The translations under genes and the position numbers were made by a program. Positions 36,365 through 46,139 of a DNA stretch of 64,000 nt are shown here, in pieces. The stretch comes from Nitrospirae bacterium JdFR-85 (GTDB taxonomy: Bacteria; Nitrospirota; Thermodesulfovibrionia; Thermodesulfovibrionales; JdFR-85): NCBI GenBank assembly GCA_002011745.1, contig MTOU01000013.1, positions 192,279 to 256,278 on the forward strand, in the 5' to 3' direction. The notes under the pieces are model-generated. The model made no database searches. It was not told the DNA's origin and saw only the letters and a program-made list of their open reading frames with translations. Position 1 is the first letter of the stretch. Each line of letters begins with the position of its first letter.

Positions 36365-36648
36365 TGCTCTCAGAAGAAAAGATAACCCATATGAGTCATA
36401 TCCTTCTTAAGGGACTGAAGGAGAGGGAGATAATTGAGGTCATTGAGGATGAGGGAAAGATAAGACGACAGATAAGAAGGTCCATAATCGAAGAACTGAA
36501 ATTGGGTGAGGAGATTGACGAAGCAGTCAGAAAAAAACTGCAGTCCTATTCAAGGAAGATTATAGAAGGTTCTCAGGAGTGGGAAGTTCTTTACAGAAAG
36601 TTTTTCAAGGAGGAAGAAGAAAAAAGAAGGGGCTTAGTCAGCACCTGA
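36361..36648 (+). CDS. DUF507-family protein (paralog 2)
   Basis: 95 aa. ATGA overlap with paralog 1. The two share the pattern ...(D/E)EL.(V/L).E.(L/I).E.VR..L..Y...I. Confidence 0.45.
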   Translation: MMLSEEKITHMSHILLKGLKEREIIEVIEDEGKIRRQIRRSIIEELKLGEEIDEAVRKKLQSYSRKIIEGSQEWEVLYRKFFKEEEEKRRGLVST

Positions 36649-38597
36649 TCCTCTTTGGAATTGTTGTTACTCTGCTGTCTCTTGTAGGATTGCTTTTCTC
36701 CACTCTGAAGGGCAAATTGGTCTTCATCTTTTTTTTCCTGTTCTTTATAGCAGTTATTCTGATCCTTTACTGCTATATCAGCAGAACCTTAAAAAGTCCC
36801 CTTCTATCTGTTTTTACAGTACAGATAGGTTTTGAGGGGCTATATCAGATCACTGGTAGTTCTATTTATCATCTGTTGCACATTCCTATTATTCCTGTAA
36901 CACTGCCTCTCTTTGATTTAGGCTCGTTGATTGCAGTATTGATGCTCCAACCAACCATACATCTACGGGAACTACTTGTATGGCATGACCAAGACACAAT
37001 TCTTATTATTGCTATTGTCTATTTCACAAGTATACCTATCTTCTTTTATCTACACAGAAGCAGAAAAAAGGCAGAAGAGTATAAGCTCTCTTATGAGAGA
37101 CTCAAAACAGAGGCAGATGATGTTACAGAGTCTTCTGTGTTTAATGAAGAAAGTATCTTAAAGAGATATCTTGAGGACAAAGAAAACCTTGAGAGGGAGA
37201 TAGAGCATCTGCTCAAAACACTGGAGGAATCTATTGTGGCAGACTCTGTCAGTTTCTTCTCCTACTCTGCTGGAGAACTAACCTGTTCTGTCAGCACTAT
37301 GCAGAACCTGCCAGGATGCAGCAATGAAGGGTTGATCAAAAGGGTCATTCAGCAGAAGAAACCAGAGGTCCATTTTATTGATAAAAAAAGTACCATCACC
37401 TTAGGTTATGAAGCGACTGAAGGTGTACAGAGTATCATTCTCTCCCCTGTAACTGATAATAGTTTCTGTATCGGGGTAGTAGTAGCAGAAAGCCTACGTT
37501 TTAAGGCATTCGATGAAAGAGACCTAAAAGTAGTCCAGAGCGTATCAGAAGAGATTGCAAGGATCATAAAAAGACAGAGAGAGCTAACAAGAATCAGCAT
37601 AAACCAGAAAGGGCTTGAGATGCTACATGAGGAGAGTGGAAAACTGGTGCAACTGCTTGAGCTGGAGCAAATTCTTGAGAGTATCCCCAGGAGTGTGGAA
37701 AGACTCTCTGGAGGCAAGGTGATACTTATTATGAAAGATTCAGGAAAATATAGAATAATCACTTCCTCTGAAGATGATACAAAACCAGAAAGACTCACCT
37801 TGAAGGAGACAGTCCTTGAGATAGTAAGGTCTAACCGAGAACCTCTGTATCTTGAGGATGTGAAAATGTTTAAAAGCAGAGTCTTACCCATCTCAGTACC
37901 TGGAATGAGAAGTCTCATATGTTTTCCCCTATTCCATGAGTCAACTATAGTAGGGTTTCTTATTGTCTATTCTGAGAAACCCTCAGCCTTTACAATGTTA
38001 CAGTTTAATCTGCTGGAGGTCTTCATAAATCAGGCATCGGAAAGTATTTCCAAAGCAATTCTACATGAGGAGATAAAACTCCGCGCCCTTACTGATGGGT
38101 TAACAGGTCTGTATAATCATCACCACTTTCAGGAAAGACTTGAAGAAAATCTTAAAAGGGCTGAAAGGTTTGACGAAAGACTTTCTCTTATGCTTATTGA
38201 TATAGACCATTTCAAGAACATAAATGATACCTATGGACATCCTGTGGGAGATATGGTATTAAAGACAGTAGCATCCACCATAAGAGCAACTATAAGAGAG
38301 GTGGATATAGCAGCAAGATATGGTGGAGAGGAGTTTGCAACTATACTTATAGGTGCTACAGCCAAACAGGCCTACAGAACGGGCGAGAGATTGAGAAAGA
38401 AGATAAAAGAGAAGAGATTTGCCGCTGGCAGTAAAACCTTTGTTGTTACAATAAGCCTTGGAGTGGCCTCATTTCCAGATGACGCAACAAACAGAGAAGA
38501 CCTGATAGAAAAGGCTGATCTGGCTCTCTATACAGCAAAAAGAAGTGGTAGAGACAGGACAGTCCTTTATAGTGAGATTGAAAGAATCAACAAATGA
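36579..38597 (+). CDS. Membrane-bound GAF-containing diguanylate cyclase (GGDEF)
   Basis: N-terminal hydrophobic helices and a central GAF-like region. The C-terminal LTGLYNHHHF...DIDHFKNINDTYGHPVGD...REVDIAARYGGEEF has an intact GGEEF and an RxxD I-site. The start is uncertain: there is no in-frame ATG near the 5' end, and the track GTG overlaps the upstream gene by 70 nt. Confidence 0.85.
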   Translation: MGSSLQKVFQGGRRKKKGLSQHLILFGIVVTLLSLVGLLFSTLKGKLVFIFFFLFFIAVILILYCYISRTLKSPLLSVFTVQIGFEGLYQITGSSIYHLLHIPIIPVTLPLFDLGSLIAVLMLQPTIHLRELLVWHDQDTILIIAIVYFTSIPIFFYLHRSRKKAEEYKLSYERLKTEADDVTESSVFNEESILKRYLEDKENLEREIEHLLKTLEESIVADSVSFFSYSAGELTCSVSTMQNLPGCSNEGLIKRVIQQKKPEVHFIDKKSTITLGYEATEGVQSIILSPVTDNSFCIGVVVAESLRFKAFDERDLKVVQSVSEEIARIIKRQRELTRISINQKGLEMLHEESGKLVQLLELEQILESIPRSVERLSGGKVILIMKDSGKYRIITSSEDDTKPERLTLKETVLEIVRSNREPLYLEDVKMFKSRVLPISVPGMRSLICFPLFHESTIVGFLIVYSEKPSAFTMLQFNLLEVFINQASESISKAILHEEIKLRALTDGLTGLYNHHHFQERLEENLKRAERFDERLSLMLIDIDHFKNINDTYGHPVGDMVLKTVASTIRATIREVDIAARYGGEEFATILIGATAKQAYRTGERLRKKIKEKRFAAGSKTFVVTISLGVASFPDDATNREDLIEKADLALYTAKRSGRDRTVLYSEIERINK

Positions 38598-38602
38598 ACT
38601 GA

Positions 38603-40156
38603 TTATCTCTTTTTAAGACTGAATAGTCTTTTCAGTTCCTTTATCTCATCCAGCCGTAGAAATAGACTTATAAGAAAATATAAGAGTGTTGAAGAGATAA
38701 TAATTCCTGAAAGCAAAAGTGTTTTCTTGAGATATTCACCACTGCTGTACCAAAGACCTCCTCTGCTCATTAACCAGCAGAGCACGCCCATGGCTACAGA
38801 AGCAACTGCAGCCTTAAGCACCGTTCTGATAATTCTCTCTCCATCAATTCTCTGCAATCTCTTTCTGAGAACGGCAAAAAGGAGGGCGAAGTTAATCCAG
38901 GAGGAGATAGCATTCGCAAGTGCAAGACCTCCGTGTCTCAATGGTATCATCAATAACACACTCAGGATAATATTTGTCATCAATGCTACAACAGCAATCT
39001 TAACAGGAGTCTTTGTGTCCTGCATTGAATAAAAGGCAGCCACTACCACTTTAACACCCACCATTGACCATATCCCAAGACTATAAAACAGAAGTGAAAA
39101 GGCTGTTCCTTCAGTAGCCTCCAGATCAAACTCCCCCCTCTGAAACAGAAGGTTCACAATAGGAACCCTCAATACCATAAGCCCGATCATTGCAGGTATC
39201 GCAATCACCATCAGTAGTCTAAGAGCAAAGGAGAAATCCTCCCTTAAGGCCTCTGTATCTCCTTTTGTTGCATGCTCAGAGAGAGTGGGAAGCACTGCCA
39301 TTGCCATGGCTACTCCAAAGACCCCTACAGGAAACAGTATCAGCCGCATTGAGTAATATAGGTATGCGATACTCCCCTCAGGCAGGAATGAAGCCAGGAT
39401 GGTGCTTACAAAGATATTAAGTTGTACAACCGCCATTCCCATAGTTGATGGCAATATCAACAGTCCCATCTTCTTCAACCATGGGTCATTGAATCTAAAA
39501 TCAAACTTAAAGCTATAGCCCTTCTTTATGTATGTGGGAGCCTGGGTAGCAAATTGCATAAATCCACCAAAGGTTACCCCAATGGCTGCTGCTACTGCTG
39601 GATGCACATCCATGCTACATAGAATCAGTATTGTAGAGATTATAGTCACATTAAACCAAGCAGGTGCTAAGGCAGGAATAAAAAAGACCTTCTTTACATT
39701 CAATGCCCCCATCGTGAATGCTGCAAGTGCTACAAACAGCAGAAACGGAAACATCAGCCTTGTAAGAAACACTGTAACAGAAAATCTCTCTCCAGTAAAG
39801 CCTGGAGCAATCACTTTCACTATAAGAGGAGTCACTATCTCTCCAACAACACATACCGCTCCCACCAGTAGCAGAATAAAGGTGAAGGCTCTTGAGGCAA
39901 CCCTCTTCACATTCTCTTCACCCTGTAGAGTTCTCACTTCTGTAAGTACAGGGACAAATGCAGAAGATATAGAACCTTCAGCAAAGAGTTCTCTCAAGAG
40001 ATTTGGTATCCTGAAAGCCACAAAAAAGGCATCAGACAGGGCAGTGGCACCAATATAATTAGCAAGAACCACATCTCTCACAAATCCAAGCACTCTACTC
40101 AGAAGGGTGGCAGAAGAGAAAAAAGATGCAGCCTTTGTAATCGTCCTCTGAGTCAT
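38603..40156 (-). CDS. murJ: Lipid II flippase MurJ/MviN
   Basis: 517 aa polytopic protein. N-terminal SRVLGFVRDVVLANYIGA...SDAFFVAFRIPNLLRELFAEGS is the MurJ signature. Confidence 0.9.
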   Translation of the reverse strand: MTQRTITKAASFFSSATLLSRVLGFVRDVVLANYIGATALSDAFFVAFRIPNLLRELFAEGSISSAFVPVLTEVRTLQGEENVKRVASRAFTFILLLVGAVCVVGEIVTPLIVKVIAPGFTGERFSVTVFLTRLMFPFLLFVALAAFTMGALNVKKVFFIPALAPAWFNVTIISTILILCSMDVHPAVAAAIGVTFGGFMQFATQAPTYIKKGYSFKFDFRFNDPWLKKMGLLILPSTMGMAVVQLNIFVSTILASFLPEGSIAYLYYSMRLILFPVGVFGVAMAMAVLPTLSEHATKGDTEALREDFSFALRLLMVIAIPAMIGLMVLRVPIVNLLFQRGEFDLEATEGTAFSLLFYSLGIWSMVGVKVVVAAFYSMQDTKTPVKIAVVALMTNIILSVLLMIPLRHGGLALANAISSWINFALLFAVLRKRLQRIDGERIIRTVLKAAVASVAMGVLCWLMSRGGLWYSSGEYLKKTLLLSGIIISSTLLYFLISLFLRLDEIKELKRLFSLKKR

Positions 40157-40219
40157 AAAAGGGATTATATATGTTCCTAAGTTATTGAGACAACCTTCTT
40201 GAATATATTAAACTGATTC

Positions 40220-41167
40220 ATGATGAAGAAAAGAATCGCAATAACCATGGGAGATGCAGGTGGTATCGGGCCTGAGATATCTCTGAAGGCTACCCTTTCT
40301 GAAGAAGTTAGAGCCCTTTGTGAGCCTGTACTCATTGGAGACAGAAATGTCTTCTATGAAGCAGCAACCCTGCTTGGCTTAAAGCTGAAGGATATAGAAA
40401 TTATCGAGCCATATAGAATAACCAACTTGACAAAAGGGAAACCTACAGAGGATTCAGGTCGTGCTGCATTCTTCTATGTTAAGAAGGCATTAGATGGCTG
40501 TTTAAAGGGAGAGTTTCATGCAATGGTTACCTCCCCTATATCTAAGGCTGCTCTCCGAGCAGCTGGTTATCCATGGGCAGGACATACAGAGATGCTTGCA
40601 GAACTGACAGGCACAAAAACCTATGCAATGATGTTAATGGGAGAAGGATTGAGAGTGCTTCTTGTAACCACACATCTTGCCCTCAGGGATGTCCCTAATG
40701 CCTTAACAATTGAAAGAATATATGAGAAAATATGTCTTGCTGCTGTAGCAGCAGAGATGCTCTCGATAGAAGACCCCTTGATAGGGGTTTCTGCCCTCAA
40801 TCCCCACGCTGGAGAGGAGGGTCTATTTGGTACAGAAGAGAGGGAGTTGATAAAACCAGCAATTGAGAAAGCAAAGAGGAGAGGATTAAAAGTAGAAGGC
40901 CCCATACCAGCAGATGTGATATTCTATCTTGCCAAAAGAGGTAGGTTGGATATTGTGGTAAGTATGTATCATGACCAAGGGCTTGCACCTCTGAAGATGA
41001 TAGCCTTTGAAAAGGGGGTAAACTTCACAGTAGGACTCCCAATAATCAGGACTTCCCCTGACCATGGCACTGCCTATGATATCGCATGGAAGGCGGTAGC
41101 ACGTTGTGATAGTATAATAGAGGCTATAAGAACAGCCTCATATCTCAGGCTGCCTCATTCTCAGTGA
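40220..41167 (+). CDS. pdxA: 4-hydroxythreonine-4-phosphate dehydrogenase
   Basis: ITMGDAGGIGPEI, GHTEMLAELTG, LNPHAGEEGLFG and SPDHGTAYDIA. Confidence 0.9.
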   Translation: MMKKRIAITMGDAGGIGPEISLKATLSEEVRALCEPVLIGDRNVFYEAATLLGLKLKDIEIIEPYRITNLTKGKPTEDSGRAAFFYVKKALDGCLKGEFHAMVTSPISKAALRAAGYPWAGHTEMLAELTGTKTYAMMLMGEGLRVLLVTTHLALRDVPNALTIERIYEKICLAAVAAEMLSIEDPLIGVSALNPHAGEEGLFGTEERELIKPAIEKAKRRGLKVEGPIPADVIFYLAKRGRLDIVVSMYHDQGLAPLKMIAFEKGVNFTVGLPIIRTSPDHGTAYDIAWKAVARCDSIIEAIRTASYLRLPHSQ

Positions 41168-41280
41168 ATACACCTTTCTCACAGGCCTTTATGATTACCC
41201 ATCAGCAATTTTATTTATAATAAAACCCTTGATTTTATGTATAATGTATAATACATAAAAATCTCTTAAGGATTGGATAG

Positions 41281-42360
41281 ATGGGCTTAACAGGCAGATT
41301 AGAAGACCTTAGTCTGAGTGATATACTCCAGATTATTGGTCTTGGTAAAAGAAGTGGAACTCTTATATTAAAATATGATGATAAAAGGGCTATAATAGTT
41401 TTCAAACAGGGTTTTGTAGTTGGAGCGGATTCAGATGACAAAGAGGATGATATAGGTGATGACTTGTTAAATGCAGGATTAATTACTGAGGAAGCGCTTC
41501 AGATATCACGAAAGGTATTGAAAGAATTGCCCAACAGCTCTGTAGGTAAGATACTTCTTGAACTCGGATATATAGATAATGCCCACCTGGAGTCCTTTTC
41601 AAAGAAGAGGATCGAAAAAGTTATTTATAGATTATTACTTCTTAAAGAGGGCGACTTCAGATTCGATCCCGACACATTCCTGGACAATGATCCTCTCCTC
41701 AAAAAAGGCTGGCTTCTTAAGAAGGGTATCAGTCCAGAGTACCTTCTTATGGAATGTGCACGAATATATGACGAAACACGCCATTATGGAAGAGTCTTAG
41801 AAGAAGAGTTCCCAGAGGAACAGACCTTTTTTGAAGAGGAAGCCTTTCCAAAAGAAATCTCTGCACTCAGATCAATAGTCCAAGAATTGAGATTCCCTGA
41901 AAGCATTTCAGAGATATTTCTCCTTATTCTCAGATTTGCAAGTAGCATATACCAGAGAGGGATACTCTTTTCTGCAAGCAAAGATATCCTTGAGGGATTC
42001 GGACAGTTTGGTCTCCAAGTAGAAGATGCTGATGAAAAAATCAGAGAAACTGTCATCTATATAAAGAAGAGTCCCTTTTTTGCAAGGATACTCCATTCTA
42101 AGACACCTTACAGAGGAGAACTATTAAAAGATCAGGAAACAGAGAGACTTATTGAACTTATAGGGGGTGAGTGGCCAGAGGAGGTGGTGATAAGCCCGGT
42201 TATAGCTGAGGACAAGGCAGTGGCATTACTTTATTGTGATAATATCCCTAATAGAGAACCCATAGAAGACACAGCAGCCCTTGAGATATTTCTTAGTCAG
42301 GCAGGCATGGCCATAGAGAAGATGCTGTTAAAGAGAAGCCTTAAACAAAAAGCAGAATAA
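41281..42360 (+). CDS. DUF4388 domain protein with a C-terminal GAF-like region
   Basis: The N-terminus GRLEDLSLSDILQIIGLGKRSGTLIL matches my memory of the DUF4388 motif. 359 aa. Confidence 0.6.
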   Translation: MGLTGRLEDLSLSDILQIIGLGKRSGTLILKYDDKRAIIVFKQGFVVGADSDDKEDDIGDDLLNAGLITEEALQISRKVLKELPNSSVGKILLELGYIDNAHLESFSKKRIEKVIYRLLLLKEGDFRFDPDTFLDNDPLLKKGWLLKKGISPEYLLMECARIYDETRHYGRVLEEEFPEEQTFFEEEAFPKEISALRSIVQELRFPESISEIFLLILRFASSIYQRGILFSASKDILEGFGQFGLQVEDADEKIRETVIYIKKSPFFARILHSKTPYRGELLKDQETERLIELIGGEWPEEVVISPVIAEDKAVALLYCDNIPNREPIEDTAALEIFLSQAGMAIEKMLLKRSLKQKAE

Positions 42361-42388
42361 ATTAAAATCAGAAGTTGGGGAGGGTTAA

Positions 42389-42760
42389 GTGAAGAACATC
42401 CTTGTAGTTGAAGATTCTGCCTCAACAAGATCTTTGGTAAAGACTATTATTGAAGACCTTGGAGAGGAGTTTTATGTATATGAAGCAAGCAATGGCTTTG
42501 AAGCTCTCAAGGCCCTTCCTTCTGAAAAGTTCGATCTCATTATTACAGATATAAATATGCCTGATATAAACGGTCTTGAACTGATAAACTTTATTAAGAC
42601 ATCTGAGTTATACAAGGATATTCCCATCATAATTATCAGCACTGAAAGGTCAGAAGAGGACCGCAGAAGAGGGATATCTCTTGGTGCAGAGGCATATATA
42701 ACAAAACCCTTTGAAGCAGAGGAACTTAAAGAAACTGTACTAAAGGTTTTACAGAAATGA
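42389..42760 (+). CDS. cheY: CheY-like single-domain response regulator
   Basis: VEDS acidic pocket, phospho-acceptor in LIITDINMPDING, and conserved K in YITKPF. GTG start after GGGGAGGG. Confidence 0.85.
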   Translation: MKNILVVEDSASTRSLVKTIIEDLGEEFYVYEASNGFEALKALPSEKFDLIITDINMPDINGLELINFIKTSELYKDIPIIIISTERSEEDRRRGISLGAEAYITKPFEAEELKETVLKVLQK

Positions 42761-44727
42761 GCGCCTCTTTAAAAGAGTTTATATCTGAGGCAGAAGAGAT
42801 ACTTTCAGAGGCAGAAGGCTATCTTGTACAGTTACAGGAATCCTTAGACACAAGCCCTGATCCTGACAAACTGAATGCCCTCTTCAGAGCTATCCACACC
42901 CTCAAGGGTAACTCATCGCTCTTTGGACAAGAAGACATAAAAAATCTAACCCACTCCTTAGAAGAACTCCTTGATGATTTAAGAATGGGAAGAATTCCCC
43001 TTAATGACAATGTTATAGATTTCCTATTTAAAGAGATAGACACGCTGAAAGGAACGATTAAGGCCTTGCAGAGCAACAAAAAGGTTGATCTATCCCAGGA
43101 GATCAAGAGAGTAGATGATTTCAGAAAGTCGGCCTCCTCTGCTGAACAGGAGACTTCCTTGAAGGGGTTGATTGATGATGAAATACTTAAAGTACTTTCT
43201 GAATATGAAGAACATAGACTAAAAGAAAACATAAAGAATAAAAAAGGAATCTTTACATTAGAAGTGGTGCTGCCCCTTGAAGGATTTGATAAAAAACTGC
43301 AGTCTATATCCGAGAAGATAAAAAGTGTTGGTGAGCTTCTGTCCACTCTTCCTACCACAAAGGACGTACCAGCAGGTTCTATAGGATTTAAACTCCTTTT
43401 TGGTTCAGAGAAAGATTTAGAGTTTCTGAAGAATATTCTCCAGAATGAACCAAAACTTATTTATGCTCCTGCTCCTCCAACACCTTCACCTGAAAAGGCA
43501 CCTCCTCCAAAGTCATTAGAAACGATTAAAAGCACCTCAAGCACTGTAAGGGTAGATATAGATAAAGTAGACAGGATACTTGATACCATTGGAGAACTCT
43601 ATATCTCTAAGGGCATGATCAAGGTTGTAGAACAACAGCTCAGACAGATGTATGGATACAGTGATATAGTATTTGAGATCCACAGGGCATCACAGATGCT
43701 CGAAAGGAGGCTGACAGAATTACAACAGAGTGTACTTGATATCAGAATGGTTCCTATAGGTCATATTTTTACAAGAGTAGCCCAATTGGTAAGGAGATAC
43801 TCCCGACAAATGGGTAAAAAGATTGAACTGCAGATCTATGGTGAAGACACAGAGCTTGATAAATATGTGGCAGAAGAGATTGTTGATCCCTTGATGCATA
43901 TTGTACGTAACAGCATAGATCATGGGATAGAACCTCCTGAAGAAAGAAAAAGGTTAGGCAAACCCGAAACAGGAACACTCATTATGAGGGCATACCAGAA
44001 GGGCAATCATGTGGTGATAGAGGTAGAGGATGATGGCAGAGGAATCAACAGACAGAAGCTTCTGAACAAGGCCCTCAAAATGGGACTTGTGAAAGAAGAT
44101 GCAGAACTGTCTGAAAATGAGATATTGGAACTAATCTTTACTCCAGGACTCAGTACCAAGGAAGAGACATCAGAAGTCTCAGGCAGAGGTGTTGGCATGG
44201 ATGTGGTTAAGGATAAGGTAACATCTCTTGGAGGTTATGTGGACATCAAAAGCGATGAGGGTAATTTTACCAGGATATCCCTAACGATTCCTATAACCCT
44301 TGCTATTATAAAGGCCCTTATAGTAAAGACATCAGGCCATGAGTTTGCAGTTCCTCTGACCTCTATTTCTGAGACTCTGGAACTGAACAGGAGCTTACTT
44401 AACAGTATAGAAGGAAGACTTGTATATAACCTTAGAGGCAAGGCCGTGCCTATTGTATCCCTTAAGGAATTCTATCAACTCTCTGAGCCAGATGAGGAAG
44501 AAAAGTTTATTGTGGTAGTAGGATTTGAGGATAGAATTATAGGGATAATGGCAGACGATCTCTTAGGTGCCCACGATATTGTAATAAAATCTCTCGGCCC
44601 CTATTTTGAGGGATTTAAAGGATTCTCAGGAGCTGCTGAGATAGGCAGTGGCAAACTGGTACTTGTGATTGATACAGAAGCCATTATCAGTGAAACCCTT
44701 TTAAGAAGTAGGGGAGAGAATGTTTGA
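42757..44727 (+). CDS. cheA: Chemotaxis histidine kinase CheA
   Basis: Hpt motif HTLKGNSSLFG, HATPase boxes (HIVRNSIDHGIE, DDGRGI, GRGVGMDVV) and a C-terminal CheW-like domain. ATGA overlap with cheY. Confidence 0.92.
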   Translation: MSASLKEFISEAEEILSEAEGYLVQLQESLDTSPDPDKLNALFRAIHTLKGNSSLFGQEDIKNLTHSLEELLDDLRMGRIPLNDNVIDFLFKEIDTLKGTIKALQSNKKVDLSQEIKRVDDFRKSASSAEQETSLKGLIDDEILKVLSEYEEHRLKENIKNKKGIFTLEVVLPLEGFDKKLQSISEKIKSVGELLSTLPTTKDVPAGSIGFKLLFGSEKDLEFLKNILQNEPKLIYAPAPPTPSPEKAPPPKSLETIKSTSSTVRVDIDKVDRILDTIGELYISKGMIKVVEQQLRQMYGYSDIVFEIHRASQMLERRLTELQQSVLDIRMVPIGHIFTRVAQLVRRYSRQMGKKIELQIYGEDTELDKYVAEEIVDPLMHIVRNSIDHGIEPPEERKRLGKPETGTLIMRAYQKGNHVVIEVEDDGRGINRQKLLNKALKMGLVKEDAELSENEILELIFTPGLSTKEETSEVSGRGVGMDVVKDKVTSLGGYVDIKSDEGNFTRISLTIPITLAIIKALIVKTSGHEFAVPLTSISETLELNRSLLNSIEGRLVYNLRGKAVPIVSLKEFYQLSEPDEEEKFIVVVGFEDRIIGIMADDLLGAHDIVIKSLGPYFEGFKGFSGAAEIGSGKLVLVIDTEAIISETLLRSRGENV

Positions 44728-45529
44728 GGAGTACTTTGGATTAAAGGAAAAACCCTTTAGCAAGACACCAGACCCAAGGTTTCTTTATTTAAGCAAGAGT
44801 CATGAAGAAGCATTGGCAAGGCTACAATATGCTGTTGAAGAAAGAGAGATGGTACTGCTCACTGGAGAGGTCGGTTGTGGGAAGACTACCCTTACAAGGG
44901 CACTTATGGATGAACTTGATGAGAATTATAATGTAGCCCTTATTATAAACCCAAGACTATCTCCTACTCAGTTTTTACGTCTCATTGCCAAACGCTTTGA
45001 TATTGATTCAACCTCCAGATATAGAGAGGAAATTATTGAGGCGATCTATGAGAGAATATATGAGCTGAATGAAGAAGGGATAACTCCTGTTATAATAATT
45101 GATGAGGCACAGCTAATACCACGAAGAGAAACATTTGAAGAGATAAGACTACTGACAAACTTCCAATTAGATCATGTTAATCTTCTAAGCATTATTCTTG
45201 TGGCACAGCCTGATATAAAGAGAAGATTTAAACATAGAGTGTACAAGCCGCTTTTGCAGAGAATAAGCCTCTACTACCATTTGCCTCCTCTGTCTGAAGA
45301 AGAGACAAAGGAATATATCCTTCACAGACTGAGAATTGCTGGCAGAAAGAGCTCTCTCTTTACTGATGAGGCTATACATAGGATTTACGAGTATTCAGAG
45401 GGAATTCCCAGACTCATAAACAGTATTGCCACAAATGCAATGCTTGAGGCTATTGAAAGGGATAAAGATCTTATAGACGAGGAGTGTGTAATAAATGCCT
45501 CAAAGGAGCTTGAGATACTGAGGTTATAA
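44720..45529 (+). CDS. ExeA/GspA/MshM-like AAA+ ATPase
   Basis: The N-terminus YFGLKEKPFSKTPDPRFLY is typical of ExeA. Walker A LTGEVGCGKTTL and Walker B VIIIDEAQ. It overlaps cheA by 8 nt and cheW by 1 nt. Confidence 0.8.
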   Translation: MFEEYFGLKEKPFSKTPDPRFLYLSKSHEEALARLQYAVEEREMVLLTGEVGCGKTTLTRALMDELDENYNVALIINPRLSPTQFLRLIAKRFDIDSTSRYREEIIEAIYERIYELNEEGITPVIIIDEAQLIPRRETFEEIRLLTNFQLDHVNLLSIILVAQPDIKRRFKHRVYKPLLQRISLYYHLPPLSEEETKEYILHRLRIAGRKSSLFTDEAIHRIYEYSEGIPRLINSIATNAMLEAIERDKDLIDEECVINASKELEILRL

Positions 45530-46092
45530 TGGATCTTGCAAAGATCAGAAAAAAGTTACATAAGAAGAAAACCTTTGATAAAGAGACAAAGGGCCGTCCT
45601 GTACAGGAAGACTCACCTTCTACAGATACCACAGTTGCTGAACAAGCAGACAAAAGAGAGACAACACTTGTTGAAATGTTCTGTTTCAGGGTGGCAGCAG
45701 AGTATTATGCACTACAAATGGGAGATATACAAGAGATAATAAAGTACAGAGATATAACATCTGTGCCAAGGAGTGCTAACTTTATAAAAGGTATTATTTC
45801 CTTACGAGGCAAGATAGTTCCTATTGTTGATCTAAAGGAAAGGCTTAGAGTGAAGGACAACAATACAGAAGTATTACAGGGAAAGAAGAGAATCGTTATT
45901 GTAAAAGGACCAAAAGGGCCTATAGGTATAACAATAGACGAAATAGTCGAAGTTAGTAGTTTTAATACTGAAGACCTGAAGCCACCTCCATCAAACATCT
46001 CTGAGGAAGACGCAAGATTCATCACAGCCATAGTGATTTTTAAAGAAGTGCCCTTCAGTGTATTAAATGTGGAGGAGGTGTTCTCTTTTTAA
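45529..46092 (+). CDS. cheW: CheW-like coupling protein with an N-terminal ~45-aa charged extension
   Basis: FRVAAEYYALQMGDIQEII...VPRSANFIKGIISLRGKIVPIVDLKERL is a CheW-domain pattern. Confidence 0.85.
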   Translation: MDLAKIRKKLHKKKTFDKETKGRPVQEDSPSTDTTVAEQADKRETTLVEMFCFRVAAEYYALQMGDIQEIIKYRDITSVPRSANFIKGIISLRGKIVPIVDLKERLRVKDNNTEVLQGKKRIVIVKGPKGPIGITIDEIVEVSSFNTEDLKPPPSNISEEDARFITAIVIFKEVPFSVLNVEEVFSF

Positions 46093-46139
46093 GGTTTAAA
46101 AATAGAAAATAATATAGACTATTTATGGAGGACTGAGAA

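Noticed and set aside
41229-41252. Tandem TGTATAA TGTATAAT (two TATAAT boxes) upstream of the DUF4388 gene, considered as a defined promoter.
   Set aside because: The only TTGATT -35 candidate is 5 or 12 nt away, which is unworkable spacing. It may act as an extended -10-type promoter, but I cannot support a specific call.
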